A DNA stretch of 64,000 nucleotides from Spirochaetales bacterium (GTDB lineage Bacteria > Spirochaetota > Spirochaetia > Treponematales > UBA12059). The position numbers were made by a program, and so were the translations under genes. The notes beneath the pieces were generated by a model. The model saw only the letters and a program-made list of their open reading frames with translations. It ran no database searches and was not told where the DNA came from. Each line of letters begins with the position of its first letter. Position 1 is the stretch's first letter. Below, in pieces: positions 1 through 9,946 of this stretch. The stretch covers positions 12,483 through 76,482 of the forward strand of contig JAFGNN010000080.1 of NCBI GenBank assembly GCA_016926955.1. Reading direction: 5' to 3'.

Positions 1-1
1 C

Positions 2-247
2 GCCCTCGAGTACGGCGAGGCGGAGATCGAGATGCACGCCGCCGACATTCCGGAAGGCGGCCGTGTCCTCATCGTCGACGACCTCGTGGCCACGGGAGGC
101 ACGCTCAAGGCCACCGCCGAGCTGCTCGAGGAGGCCGGCGCGACGCCCGTCGCGGTCTTCTCGGTCATCGGCCTGCCCTTCCTCGACTACGAGGCCGCGC
201 TCGCGCCCCTGCGCGTCGACACGCTCATCGAATACTTCGGAGAGTAG
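2..247 (+). CDS. apt: adenine phosphoribosyltransferase, 3' part (5' end upstream of window)
   Basis: Frame is open to the window edge. Translation [37 protein letters not shown] carries the PRPP-binding VLIVDDLxATGGT motif of type I phosphoribosyltransferases. Confidence 0.9.
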   Translation, partial: ALEYGEAEIEMHAADIPEGGRVLIVDDLVATGGTLKATAELLEEAGATPVAVFSVIGLPFLDYEAALAPLRVDTLIEYFGE

Positions 248-588
248 GCGGCGGAGGGACGGGGACGGGGAGCCCGGCTCAAGGCCGAGCCGTTCCGGCG
301 TACCGCGCGCCGCCCCGAATTCCGCGGCGCGGCTTGCCCGTTCCCGGCCCGTCCGGGCTCGGGAGCGGAAGACTCAGTCCGCCCGACGGCGCGGCCGCCC
401 TCGCGAAACGCGGCCGCCCTCGCGGGCAGCGCGGCCTTGCGGCGCCGCGGCAAAGGCCGGAGCGCGCGCGGTTGCCCCGCGACACCCCCTCTCGCTACTA
501 TTGGAACAGGGCCCGCAGGAGCGGGACACGATAGCGATACCCGCGACCCCGAGCCACCGCGTCCGGCGCCGCGTCCCGAGGAGTTCCC

Positions 589-2244
<1,656 letters not shown>

Positions 2245-2295
2245 GTCTTTCCGCGCGCGCGGCGTGGCCGCGCGCGCGGACTTGCGCTGTCAAAC

Positions 2296-2340
2296 GAGCG
2301 CCCCCGTCCGGGATCCGGGCGGGGGCGCTCGCATTTTTTC
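2296..2340 (+). terminator. rho-independent terminator after gpmI
   Basis: Hairpin GAGCGCCCCCGTCCGG/CCGGGCGGGGGCGCTC followed by T6 (2334-2339). A second GC hairpin lies at 2250-2280. Confidence 0.7.
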
Positions 2341-2345
2341 CTGGC

Positions 2346-2936
2346 TCAGGCCTCGGACGTCGATTTGCCCGCCGCGGGACGGTCCCGATCCATCCATGAA
2401 GCGGCGCCCATGAAAAGGATGCCATTGGCGAAATAGGCGAGCTGCATCCACCAGGGGCAATGGAAGATGTCCAGGATCGGCCAGCCCCGGAAGGCCGTTC
2501 CCCGGTCCAGGTGGACGCCGAGCGCGTGGTAGCCGAGCCATTCGGCGGCGATGATGCCGATCGAGTAGACCAGGGCCAGCAGCGCCCAGCGCTTGAGCCA
2601 GGGGCGTAGCCTGATGGCCGGAACCAGATAGAGGTAGGCGAAGGCCAGGCCCGTGGGCCAGGCGACCATCGGAAAGACCGCGAGGCCGAAGAGCTCGAGC
2701 TTGAAGACGTTGTAGCCTTCGTACATGCGCCCCGAGACCAGCATCCAGGCCGCGGTGATCGCGACGGCGGGAATCCAGCCCTTGAGGCGACCGGGGTGGA
2801 AGAGCGCGGCGAGAAGCAAGGTCAGGAACGCCGCGGCGAGTATCGCGGCGTCGTACGAGAAGGAAAGCAGGACGGCCAGGATGCCGACGGAGCCGAGCAG
2901 GAAGGCAGGTTCGCTGTAACGAAGGATGGATCTCAT
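2346..2936 (-). CDS. hypothetical polytopic membrane protein
   Basis: 196-aa ORF made of consecutive hydrophobic segments. Amino-acid composition looks normal, unlike the overlapping Arg/Pro-rich alternative frames. No family recognised. Confidence 0.6.
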   Translation of the reverse strand: MRSILRYSEPAFLLGSVGILAVLLSFSYDAAILAAAFLTLLLAALFHPGRLKGWIPAVAITAAWMLVSGRMYEGYNVFKLELFGLAVFPMVAWPTGLAFAYLYLVPAIRLRPWLKRWALLALVYSIGIIAAEWLGYHALGVHLDRGTAFRGWPILDIFHCPWWMQLAYFANGILFMGAASWMDRDRPAAGKSTSEA

Positions 2937-2999
2937 GGTCAGGGAGCATATAACGTTCCGGAGCGAAACACAGCCCCTCCGCGCTCGCGGTCCGGCGGT

Positions 3000-3374
3000 T
3001 CAGGAGCCTCCGTTCCTGAAACCTCTCCCTCCCGTCCCGCGGCCGCCGCCCGGGCCACCCCATCCCATTCCGAGCCCGGAGCCGCCCCCGCGACATCCGC
3101 CCGCGCCGCGGCCTCGCCCTGTCGCGCCGGTTTCGCCCGTGCCGACGGGCGCGGGCCTCCGTTCGGCGACCTTCGCCGGTCTCGCGGGTCCCTCGCTCGC
3201 TGCCTTGGCCGGAGAGATCGCACCGGGCGGGCAGGCGTCGATGCAGCGCCCGCAATCCGTGCACCTGGACGGATCGACGACGGCGAGCCGTCCCTTCATG
3301 GCCAGGGCGACTTCAGGGCAGAACCGGGTGCAGATTCCGCAGCCCCTGCAGAGCCGCGCGTCTATTGAAACCAT
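3000..3374 (-). CDS. 2x[4Fe-4S] ferredoxin-domain protein with Gly/Arg-rich C-terminal tail
   Basis: Two cluster motifs, CRGCGICTRFCP and CTDCGRCIDACP. The last ~70 aa are low-complexity (GRGRGAGGCRGGGSGLGMGWGGPGGGRGTGGRGFRNGG). Confidence 0.75.
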   Translation of the reverse strand: MVSIDARLCRGCGICTRFCPEVALAMKGRLAVVDPSRCTDCGRCIDACPPGAISPAKAASEGPARPAKVAERRPAPVGTGETGATGRGRGAGGCRGGGSGLGMGWGGPGGGRGTGGRGFRNGGS

Positions 3375-3503
3375 CCAAACCTCCGAATATTCGAGTATTT
3401 AGAAAATAAGCATATGCTCATAACAGGTCAATAAGGAAAGCGCGTATCGATGCAGTCCGGATCTCTTGCGTCGGGACAAGCCACACCGTGTATACTCGAA
3501 ACC

Positions 3504-4052
3504 ATGCTGGAAGTTGAACTCAAGGCACGGATCGATGACGCGAACGCGGTCGAAGCGCGCGTGGGGAAGTGGGCCAGGTTCGTCAGGCGCTTCGACAAGC
3601 GGGACGCCTACTGGCACGGCCCGGAATGGCGCCTCGCGCGGGGAGCAAAGGGCTTCCGCGTACGGACCGACGGGGAAAAGGCCACGGTCACCTTCAAGAC
3701 CAAGCGCGCCGAAGGCGGCATGGAGCTCAACCTGGAGCGCGAGTTCGAGGTGTCCGACGCGGACGCCTTCGAGGCACTCGCGGAGCGGATCGGCTGCGAG
3801 CGCTTCATACGGAAGCGCAAGACGGGTTCCGCGTGGGAAAAGGACGGCACTCTCGTAGAGATCATGGAAGTGGAAGGCCTCGGCGCCTTCATCGAGATCG
3901 AGCGCCTGGTCGACGAGGACGAGCCCGCCGCCATCGCGCTCGCGCAGGGCATGGTCCGCGCCACCCTGGCCGACGCGGGCGTGCCGCCCGAGGCCATCGA
4001 GAGCCGCACCTACTCCGAGTTGTTGCTCGCGGCGGGGACGGGCTCCCGGTGA
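3504..4052 (+). CDS. CYTH-domain protein (class IV adenylate cyclase / triphosphatase family)
   Basis: N-terminal ExExK signature (MLEVELKARI) and a beta-rich ~180-aa body. Start moved from 3450 to ATG 3504, where the conserved domain begins. Confidence 0.75.
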   Translation: MLEVELKARIDDANAVEARVGKWARFVRRFDKRDAYWHGPEWRLARGAKGFRVRTDGEKATVTFKTKRAEGGMELNLEREFEVSDADAFEALAERIGCERFIRKRKTGSAWEKDGTLVEIMEVEGLGAFIEIERLVDEDEPAAIALAQGMVRATLADAGVPPEAIESRTYSELLLAAGTGSR

Positions 4053-4495
4053 CAAGCCCCGGGGAAGGCGAACGCGCCGCTGCCGTCCCGCCGGCGGGCC
4101 CGCCGGCGCTCCGCATGGTCCCCATGCCCGCGGACGTCAACATCAACGGCGACGTCTTCGGCGGCTGGATCATGGCCCAGGCTGACGTGGCGGGCGGCAT
4201 CACCGCCCGGCGGATCGCGGGCGGCCGGCTGGCCACGGTGGCGGTGACGAATTTCCTGTTCCGCCAGCCCGTATCGGTCGGCGACGTCGTCTCGTTCTAC
4301 GCGCGGATCATCAAGGTCGGCACGAGCTCCATCACCGTCGACGTCGAGGTTTTCGCGGAACGGCACGACGGTGTCAAGTTCACCCAGGTGCGGGTCACCG
4401 AGGCCCAGTTGGTCTACGTGGCCATCGACTCAGGAGGGCGGAAGCGGGTCCTGCCTGCCGGTGCCGCGGTGTCGGCCGGGCTCGAGGGAGCCTGA
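4049..4495 (+). CDS. acyl-CoA thioesterase, hotdog fold (YciA-like)
   Basis: MPADVNINGDVFGGWIMAQADVAGG...VAVTNFLFRQPVSVGDVVSFYA matches the YciA-type thioesterase pattern. GTG 4049 overlaps the upstream stop (GTGA); ATG 4115 is an alternative start. The long N-terminal extension in the ORF track (from 3569) is Arg-rich junk. Confidence 0.8.
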   Translation: MTSPGEGERAAAVPPAGPPALRMVPMPADVNINGDVFGGWIMAQADVAGGITARRIAGGRLATVAVTNFLFRQPVSVGDVVSFYARIIKVGTSSITVDVEVFAERHDGVKFTQVRVTEAQLVYVAIDSGGRKRVLPAGAAVSAGLEGA

Positions 4496-4567
4496 GTCGA
4501 TACGGAACCGTTTCGCGAGTCCTCGCCGTTGACGAGAGGGAAGGGCTTCGAAAGCAAACGATTTCGC

Positions 4568-4596
4568 TTGCGTCCCCGAACCCGCCATGCTAGTGT
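4568..4596 (+). promoter_or_regulatory. candidate sigma70-type promoter of the lysine operon leader
   Basis: TTGCGT (4568-4573), 17-nt spacer, TAGTGT (4591-4596), placed just upstream of the riboswitch 5' end. Confidence 0.35.
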
Positions 4597-4604
4597 CCGC
4601 GCAA

Positions 4605-4775
4605 CCGATTGGAGGAGCGATCCCCATGAGTAGCCGGACGGAGGGCGGGCAGCCCGAAGAGTTCCGGTGAAGGGGGAGGATCGCCGAAGGGAAGCGCGGA
4701 GACGCCCGCCGCCTTCCTTGGACGTCCGGGCCAATACCCGACGGCTGTCGCGGGACTCAACTCGAGTTTCCGCGG
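4605..4775 (+). promoter_or_regulatory. lysine riboswitch (L-box)
   Basis: Conserved L-box blocks in the correct order: GGAGGAGCG..CAUGAGUAGCC, GGUGAAGGGGGAGGAUCGCCGAAGG, and CGGCUGUCGCGGGAC. It lies in the 5' leader of a DAP/lysine operon. The downstream hairpin GGGATCTCC/GGAGGTCCC (about 4832-4859) can occlude the SD before GTG 4862. Confidence 0.8.
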
Positions 4776-4861
4776 AGTGCCATCGATTCTCGTCCCCGAA
4801 ATGAGGTCCGGAACGGACCGGGACGGTTTCATGGGATCTCCTTCGGATTGGAGGTCCCTCC

Positions 4862-5947
4862 GTGACGACCTTGCAATCCGTGGAGCGACGCGCCCGCCTC
4901 TTCCTGGCGGAGCTGTGTTCCACGCACACACCGGCCGGCGCCGAGCGTCGGTTGCTGCCCCTCCTCGAACGCGAGCTCGCGCGCCTCGGCGCCTCCGCCC
5001 AGATCCAGGCCCTGCCTGACGGCCGCGTCAACGTCCTCGCCGTCTGGGGCGAGCCGCGCGTCGTCTACAGCACCCACCTCGACGTCGTGGACCCGGCCCT
5101 GCCGGTCGCGGTTGACGACTCGGGTATCGCGGCGCGCGGAGCCTGCGACGCCAAGGGCCAGATCGCGGCCCAGTTCGCCGCCATCGAAATCCTGCTCGCG
5201 GAGGGCGGGGGAAACCTGGCCTGGCTCGGAGTGTCGGGCGAAGAAACCGATTCCGCCGGCGCGCGGGCCGCGCTCGCGCTCGCGCCGCGCTTCCGCTCCT
5301 GCCGCGCCGTCATCGCGGGCGAGCCCACGCGCTGCCGCGTCGCCCGCGGGCAGAAGGGCTACCTGCGCCTCCGGCTCTCGTGCCGCGGCCGGTCGGCCCA
5401 CGGGGGCAGCCCCGAGCTCGGGGACAACGCTGTCGAGAAGCTCATGGACTGGCTCGTCGCCATCCGCGCCGCGCCCCGCGCGGAGCATCCGCGCCTCGGT
5501 CGCGAGGTCCTCAACATCGGCGCGATCTCGGGCGGCGTCGCGGCCAACGTCGTGCCGGACTTCGCGGGCGCCGAGATCTCGATCCGCACCGTACCGGGGG
5601 GCGTACTCCCCGCGACGGTCGAATCCGCGAGGCCTCAGGGCGCTCTGGTCGAGACGCTCATCGACGAGACTTGGGACGAGTTCGACGCGCCGGAAGGCTT
5701 TGAGTCCGCTCCCGTTTCCTTCGGTTCCGACCTTCCGGCGCTGCGCGCCCTCGCGCCCGGCGCCTTCGCCATCCTCGCGGGTCCCGGCGACATCGCGCTC
5801 GCCCACTCGGAGGCCGAGCGCCTCGACTGGGGCGAGCTTGCGCGCGGCATCGAGCTGTTCCGCGCGCTCGGCGAGCGTTACCTGCTGGATGGAAAGTCGC
5901 CCGTGCTCCCCGACAAATCGAAGCGACGGCCGGCGGGAATCCGCTAG
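4862..5947 (+). CDS. M20-family deacylase, probable N-succinyl-diaminopimelate desuccinylase (DapE/ArgE family)
   Basis: HLDVV, GACDAKGQ and SGEETDS metal-ligand motifs of M20 peptidases. It is the first gene of the riboswitch-controlled DAP operon. GTG start. Confidence 0.8.
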   Translation: MTTLQSVERRARLFLAELCSTHTPAGAERRLLPLLERELARLGASAQIQALPDGRVNVLAVWGEPRVVYSTHLDVVDPALPVAVDDSGIAARGACDAKGQIAAQFAAIEILLAEGGGNLAWLGVSGEETDSAGARAALALAPRFRSCRAVIAGEPTRCRVARGQKGYLRLRLSCRGRSAHGGSPELGDNAVEKLMDWLVAIRAAPRAEHPRLGREVLNIGAISGGVAANVVPDFAGAEISIRTVPGGVLPATVESARPQGALVETLIDETWDEFDAPEGFESAPVSFGSDLPALRALAPGAFAILAGPGDIALAHSEAERLDWGELARGIELFRALGERYLLDGKSPVLPDKSKRRPAGIR

Positions 5948-6223
5948 GGGGCGTCGCCCCCGGCATCCCGTCGGCCTCGAGCTGCCCGGCGGACGGCGCT
6001 CAGTGCGGCGCCTCCGCCGTCGCGAGCCTCCAGTCGCAGCCCTTCGGGGCGCGGCTCGGGGAGGCGCGCGCCCCGGGCCGAGACGCGACCCGGGCGTCCA
6101 GCACTTCCAGGAGCATGTCATGAGAAAGATCCAGACAAGCTTGCACCGCGCCAATGGCGCCGGGGGGCATCCTCCAGCGCATCCCTCCTTCAAGGCGGTC
6201 GCGCCCGCGGCAGGAGGGCACCC

Positions 6224-6931
6224 ATGAGGATCGGCATTTTCGGAAGCGGCCGCCTCGGCTCCGCCGTCGCCTCGCTCGTGGGGGAAGATCCGGATCTCGA
6301 ACTTGCCTTCGTCGCGGGAAAGGATCAGGCGGCGGGCGCCGCGGACGCAGCGCTCGAGGCGAGCGTTGCCGCCGCGGTTCCCGGGCGGCTTGAATGGGCC
6401 CGCCGGACGGGCACCGATCTCGTCATCGGGACGACGGGCTGGGACGAGGCCATCCTGGACGGATACTGCGACGCGGACATCGGCATCCTCGTCGCGCCCA
6501 ACTTCTCGCTCGCCGCGGCTTTCATGCGGCGGGCCGCGCTCGCGCTCGGGCGCTTCGCCGCCCTCGACGGCAGCGCGGACCTTTCCGTGCTCGAGCGCCA
6601 CCACCGCGCCAAGCGCGACGCGCCGAGCGGCACGGCCAAGCTTCTCGCCGCGGCCCTCGCGGAGGGCTGTCCCCGCTACCCGGGCGCGGCAGCAATCCCG
6701 ACGCTCGCGCTCCGGTGCGGGGCGGAGCCGGGTTACCACGAGATCAGGCTTGAAGCGGACGCGGAGAGCCTCGTGCTCGCGCACGCGGCGCGCTCGCGCG
6801 AGACCTTCGCGCGCGGGGCGCTCCGGGCCCTCCGCTGGATACGCGGGCGGAAGGGCGTCCGTCGTTTCGACGAGCTGGCCGCCGAGCTGCTGGACCCGAT
6901 CCTGGCCGGCGCCGGGGGAGGAAGGCCATGA
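6224..6931 (+). CDS. dapB: 4-hydroxy-tetrahydrodipicolinate reductase
   Basis: N-terminal Rossmann motif MRIGIFGSGRLG and the signature ERHHRAKRDAPSGTA. GGAGGG RBS. Confidence 0.88.
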   Translation: MRIGIFGSGRLGSAVASLVGEDPDLELAFVAGKDQAAGAADAALEASVAAAVPGRLEWARRTGTDLVIGTTGWDEAILDGYCDADIGILVAPNFSLAAAFMRRAALALGRFAALDGSADLSVLERHHRAKRDAPSGTAKLLAAALAEGCPRYPGAAAIPTLALRCGAEPGYHEIRLEADAESLVLAHAARSRETFARGALRALRWIRGRKGVRRFDELAAELLDPILAGAGGGRP

Positions 6932-6987
6932 GCGTTTCCCCCAGCGCTTCCCCCGCCGCCCGGTACGAAACCCCAAGGAGCTCAAGC

Positions 6988-7998
6988 ATGCGCCATGAAA
7001 CCGTGTTCAAGGGCCTCGGCGTCGCCCTCGCGACCCCCTTCCATCCCGGAGCGCCAGGCCGCGACTCAGGCGCGGTCGACTATCCCGCCTACCGGGCGCT
7101 CGTGCGGAGCGTCGTCTCGGGCGGCGCGGACTTCCTTGTCACGCTCGGCTCGACCGGCGAGGCCGCCGCGCTGACGGGCGAGGAGCGGAGCGCGCTCATC
7201 CGCGCGACGCTCGAGGAAGCTGGCGGCGTCCCGGTGGTGGCAGGCGCCGGCCACAACTCGACGCGGGAGGCGTGCGAGCTTGCAGCCCGCGCCGCGGAGC
7301 TCGGCGTCGCGGGGCTCCTCGTCGTCACGCCTTACTACAACAAGCCGCAGGGGGACGGGCTCGAGGCCCACTACCGCGCGGTCGCGGAGGCGGCCCGCGG
7401 GACGCCCCTCATCGTCTACAACGTGCCGGGAAGGACGGGCATCAACCTCGCGCCTGAGACGCTTGCGCGCCTCTGGGCCATCCCGGGAATCGTCGCGGTC
7501 AAGGAGTCCTCGGGGAACCTCGCCCAGATCGGCGAGATCGCGCGGACCCTGCCCCCGGGCAAGACCCTGCTCGCCGGCGACGACGCCCTCGCGCTGGCTT
7601 CGATCGCAGTCGGCGCGGAGGGCTTGGTGTCCGTCGCGGGCAACGTCGCGCCGGCGGCGATGAATGCGCTCGTCGACGCGGCGCTCCGCTCGCGGATGGA
7701 TGAGGCTCGCTCGCTCCACGCCCGGCTCCTGCCGCTCATGGACGCGCTCTTCGCGGAGACCAATCCCGTTCCGCTCAAGGCGGCGCTCTCGCTGGCCGGG
7801 CTCTGCTCCGACGCGGTGCGCTTGCCGCTCGCACCGGCGCGGGGGGCGACGCGCGAGAAGCTCGAAGGAGTCCTCGCGGCGCTCGGTTACCCGACGCTCC
7901 GCGAGTCTGGCCTCGGAGGCATCGAGGCGCTTCTCGGCGCCGGAGGCGTAACCGGAGGCTTAGACCGGGAGCCGGCCGCGGCGAGGAGGGCGTCGTGA
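6988..7998 (+). CDS. dapA: 4-hydroxy-tetrahydrodipicolinate synthase
   Basis: GVALATPF, GSTGEAAALT, YNVPGRTG and VAVKESSG (Schiff-base Lys) motifs. ATG 6988 follows an AAGGAG RBS. The C-terminus is extended by ~45 aa relative to a typical DapA. Confidence 0.9.
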   Translation: MRHETVFKGLGVALATPFHPGAPGRDSGAVDYPAYRALVRSVVSGGADFLVTLGSTGEAAALTGEERSALIRATLEEAGGVPVVAGAGHNSTREACELAARAAELGVAGLLVVTPYYNKPQGDGLEAHYRAVAEAARGTPLIVYNVPGRTGINLAPETLARLWAIPGIVAVKESSGNLAQIGEIARTLPPGKTLLAGDDALALASIAVGAEGLVSVAGNVAPAAMNALVDAALRSRMDEARSLHARLLPLMDALFAETNPVPLKAALSLAGLCSDAVRLPLAPARGATREKLEGVLAALGYPTLRESGLGGIEALLGAGGVTGGLDREPAAARRAS

Positions 7999-8804
7999 AC
8001 GCGCTCGAGGCCTTCTTCTCGCGCGGCGGCGACGAGATCCTGGCGGACCCGGGACTCGGCGAAGCGCTGGCAACGCTGCTCGACGCGCTCGAATCGGGTT
8101 CGGTCCGGGCAGCCGCGCGGGGAGCGGACGGCGAGTGGCGAGCGAACGCCTGGGTGAAGACGGGCATACTCGCCGGTTTCCGCTCGAGCGCGGTGGTGCC
8201 GGTCGAAGGCTGGCAGGCGGGGGCGAGCGACAAGGCGGCGTTTCCTCCGCGCGTCCTCACCGGAGCGGAGGGCGTGCGGCTCGTGCCCGGCGGCTCGGCG
8301 CTCCGGCGCGGAGCGTGTCTCGAGCCCGGCGCCGTCGTCATGCCGCCCGCCTACGTCAACGTCGGGGCCTTCATCGGCGAGCTTTCGATGGTCGACAGCC
8401 ACGCCCTGGTCGGTTCCTGCGCCCAGGTCGGCGCGCGGGTCCACCTCTCCGCCGGCGTCCAGGTTGGCGGGGTGCTCGAGCCCGCGGGGGCTCGGCCGGT
8501 CGTGGTCGAGGACGGGTGCTTTATCGGCGCGCTTTCGGGACTCTTCGAGGGCGTGGTGGTGCGCGAGCGCGCGGTGCTGGCGCCGGGCGTCGTCCTGACC
8601 GGCTCGACAAGCATCTTCGACCTCGTGAAGGGTCGCGAGTTCAGGGGCGAGGTGCCCCCGGGCGCGGTGGTTGTGCCGGGCTCGCGGCCCGCCGGCGGGG
8701 ACTGGGCGCGCGCGCGGGGCATCCAGCTCTACGCGCCGTGCGTCGTCAAGTACCGCAACGAATCCACGGACGCCGCGACCGCCCTCGAGGAGGCGCTGCG
8801 ATGA
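7995..8804 (+). CDS. dapD: tetrahydrodipicolinate N-succinyltransferase
   Basis: Left-handed beta-helix hexapeptide repeats (VNVGAFIGELSMVDSHALVGSCAQVGARVHLSAGVQVGG) and the C-terminal VVKYR..T motif. The GTG start overlaps the dapA stop. Confidence 0.88.
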   Translation: MNALEAFFSRGGDEILADPGLGEALATLLDALESGSVRAAARGADGEWRANAWVKTGILAGFRSSAVVPVEGWQAGASDKAAFPPRVLTGAEGVRLVPGGSALRRGACLEPGAVVMPPAYVNVGAFIGELSMVDSHALVGSCAQVGARVHLSAGVQVGGVLEPAGARPVVVEDGCFIGALSGLFEGVVVRERAVLAPGVVLTGSTSIFDLVKGREFRGEVPPGAVVVPGSRPAGGDWARARGIQLYAPCVVKYRNESTDAATALEEALR

Positions 8805-9946
8805 GGACCGAAGCGCAACCGGCCGCGACCCCCGCAAGGGCGCGGCGCCTCGCGGGGCTCGGGCTTTCGCCCATCCGCGCCATGTACGAAGGGGCGCCGC
8901 CCGGCTGCGTCTCGCTCGGCCTCGGCGAACCGGGTTGGTCTCTGCCAGAGCCCGGACGGAAGGCACTCGCGCGCGCGGAGGGCGCCTGCCCCTACGGGCC
9001 GAACGCGGGGCTCCCCGGGCTGCGGGCCGCCATCGCGGACTACCACGGCGCGCGCGTCGGGGAGGTGATGACGGGCGCCGGAAGCCAGGGCGTCCTCTTC
9101 GCCCTCTTCCAGGCCTGGGCGGGTCCGGGGGACGCGGTGCTGGTACCGGATCCGGGCTTCCTCGCGTACCCCGCGCTGGCGCGAGTCGCGGGCGCGCGGC
9201 CGGTTTCCTACGCGCTCGCGGCAGACGGATCGCTCGACGCGGCCGCCTTCGGGGCGGCGCTCGACGCGGCGCCGGACGCGAAGCTCGCGGTGCTGAACCA
9301 CCCCGCCAACCCGACGGGAGCGGGCGCGACGGCAACGGCGCTCGCTGCGGCCGCGCGCGCGTGCGAAGCGCGCGGCGTCATCCTCGTATCCGACGAGGTA
9401 TACCGCGAACTCCACCTTGGCGCCCGACCGCCTTCGCTCCGCGACGCGACGACGACGGGAATTGTCCTCGGCTCTGCCAGCAAGGCTTTCGCCGCGCCGG
9501 GCCTGCGTGTGGGCTGGGCGGTCGGCGCGCCGGAGCTGCTCGAACCGGCGCGGCTCATCCACAACTACATGGTCACCTGCGCCGCGCGCCCCTCCCAGGA
9601 GGCGGCGCGGGCGCTCCTCGAGGCCGCGCCCTCGGTCCTCCCGGCCGCGCGCGAGGAGTTGTCGACGCGCTGGGAGGTTTTTGCCGAGGCGCTGCGGGAA
9701 GGGCTGGGCGTGGAAGCCGCCCCGCCTTCGGGCGGCTTCTACCAGTGGCTCCGGCTGCCCGGGCGGGCCCTGGCCGATCCGCTCGGCTTCTGCATCCGGC
9801 TCCGCGACGAGGCGAAGGTGATCGTGGCGCCGGGCCTGGCCTTCGGCGAGCGGGGTCGGGGCTTCGTCCGCCTGAGCTACGCGGGCGATCCGGACGAGAT
9901 CCGGGAAGGCGTCCGGCGCCTCGCCCCGTTCTGGAGGACGGCATGA
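8801..9946 (+). CDS. class I/II PLP aminotransferase, probable succinyldiaminopimelate aminotransferase
   Basis: LNHPANPTG and SASKAFAAPGLRVGW (PLP lysine) motifs. ATGA overlap with dapD. Position in the DAP operon fits this role. The ORF-track start at 8135 is a spurious extension. Confidence 0.8.
   Translation: MRTEAQPAATPARARRLAGLGLSPIRAMYEGAPPGCVSLGLGEPGWSLPEPGRKALARAEGACPYGPNAGLPGLRAAIADYHGARVGEVMTGAGSQGVLFALFQAWAGPGDAVLVPDPGFLAYPALARVAGARPVSYALAADGSLDAAAFGAALDAAPDAKLAVLNHPANPTGAGATATALAAAARACEARGVILVSDEVYRELHLGARPPSLRDATTTGIVLGSASKAFAAPGLRVGWAVGAPELLEPARLIHNYMVTCAARPSQEAARALLEAAPSVLPAAREELSTRWEVFAEALREGLGVEAAPPSGGFYQWLRLPGRALADPLGFCIRLRDEAKVIVAPGLAFGERGRGFVRLSYAGDPDEIREGVRRLAPFWRTA

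Noticed and set aside
6000-6221. A small minus-strand ORF (73 aa) in the unexplained 276-nt gap between the M20 gene and dapB.
   Set aside because: There is no RBS, no recognisable motif, and the composition is biased. The gap is more likely an untranslated spacer or internal regulatory region.
8135-9946. Long N-terminal extensions offered by the ORF track for real genes: 8135 for the aminotransferase, 8671 for lysA, 12460 for DUF1295, 39910 for UDPGP, 40772 for glk, 47525 for PGM, 48678 for HAD, 48789 for nrdD and 51610 for nrdG.
   Set aside because: The extensions overlap upstream genes, are Arg/Pro-rich and lack RBSs. Internal starts with an SD sequence or stop/start overlap coincide with the beginning of the conserved domains.
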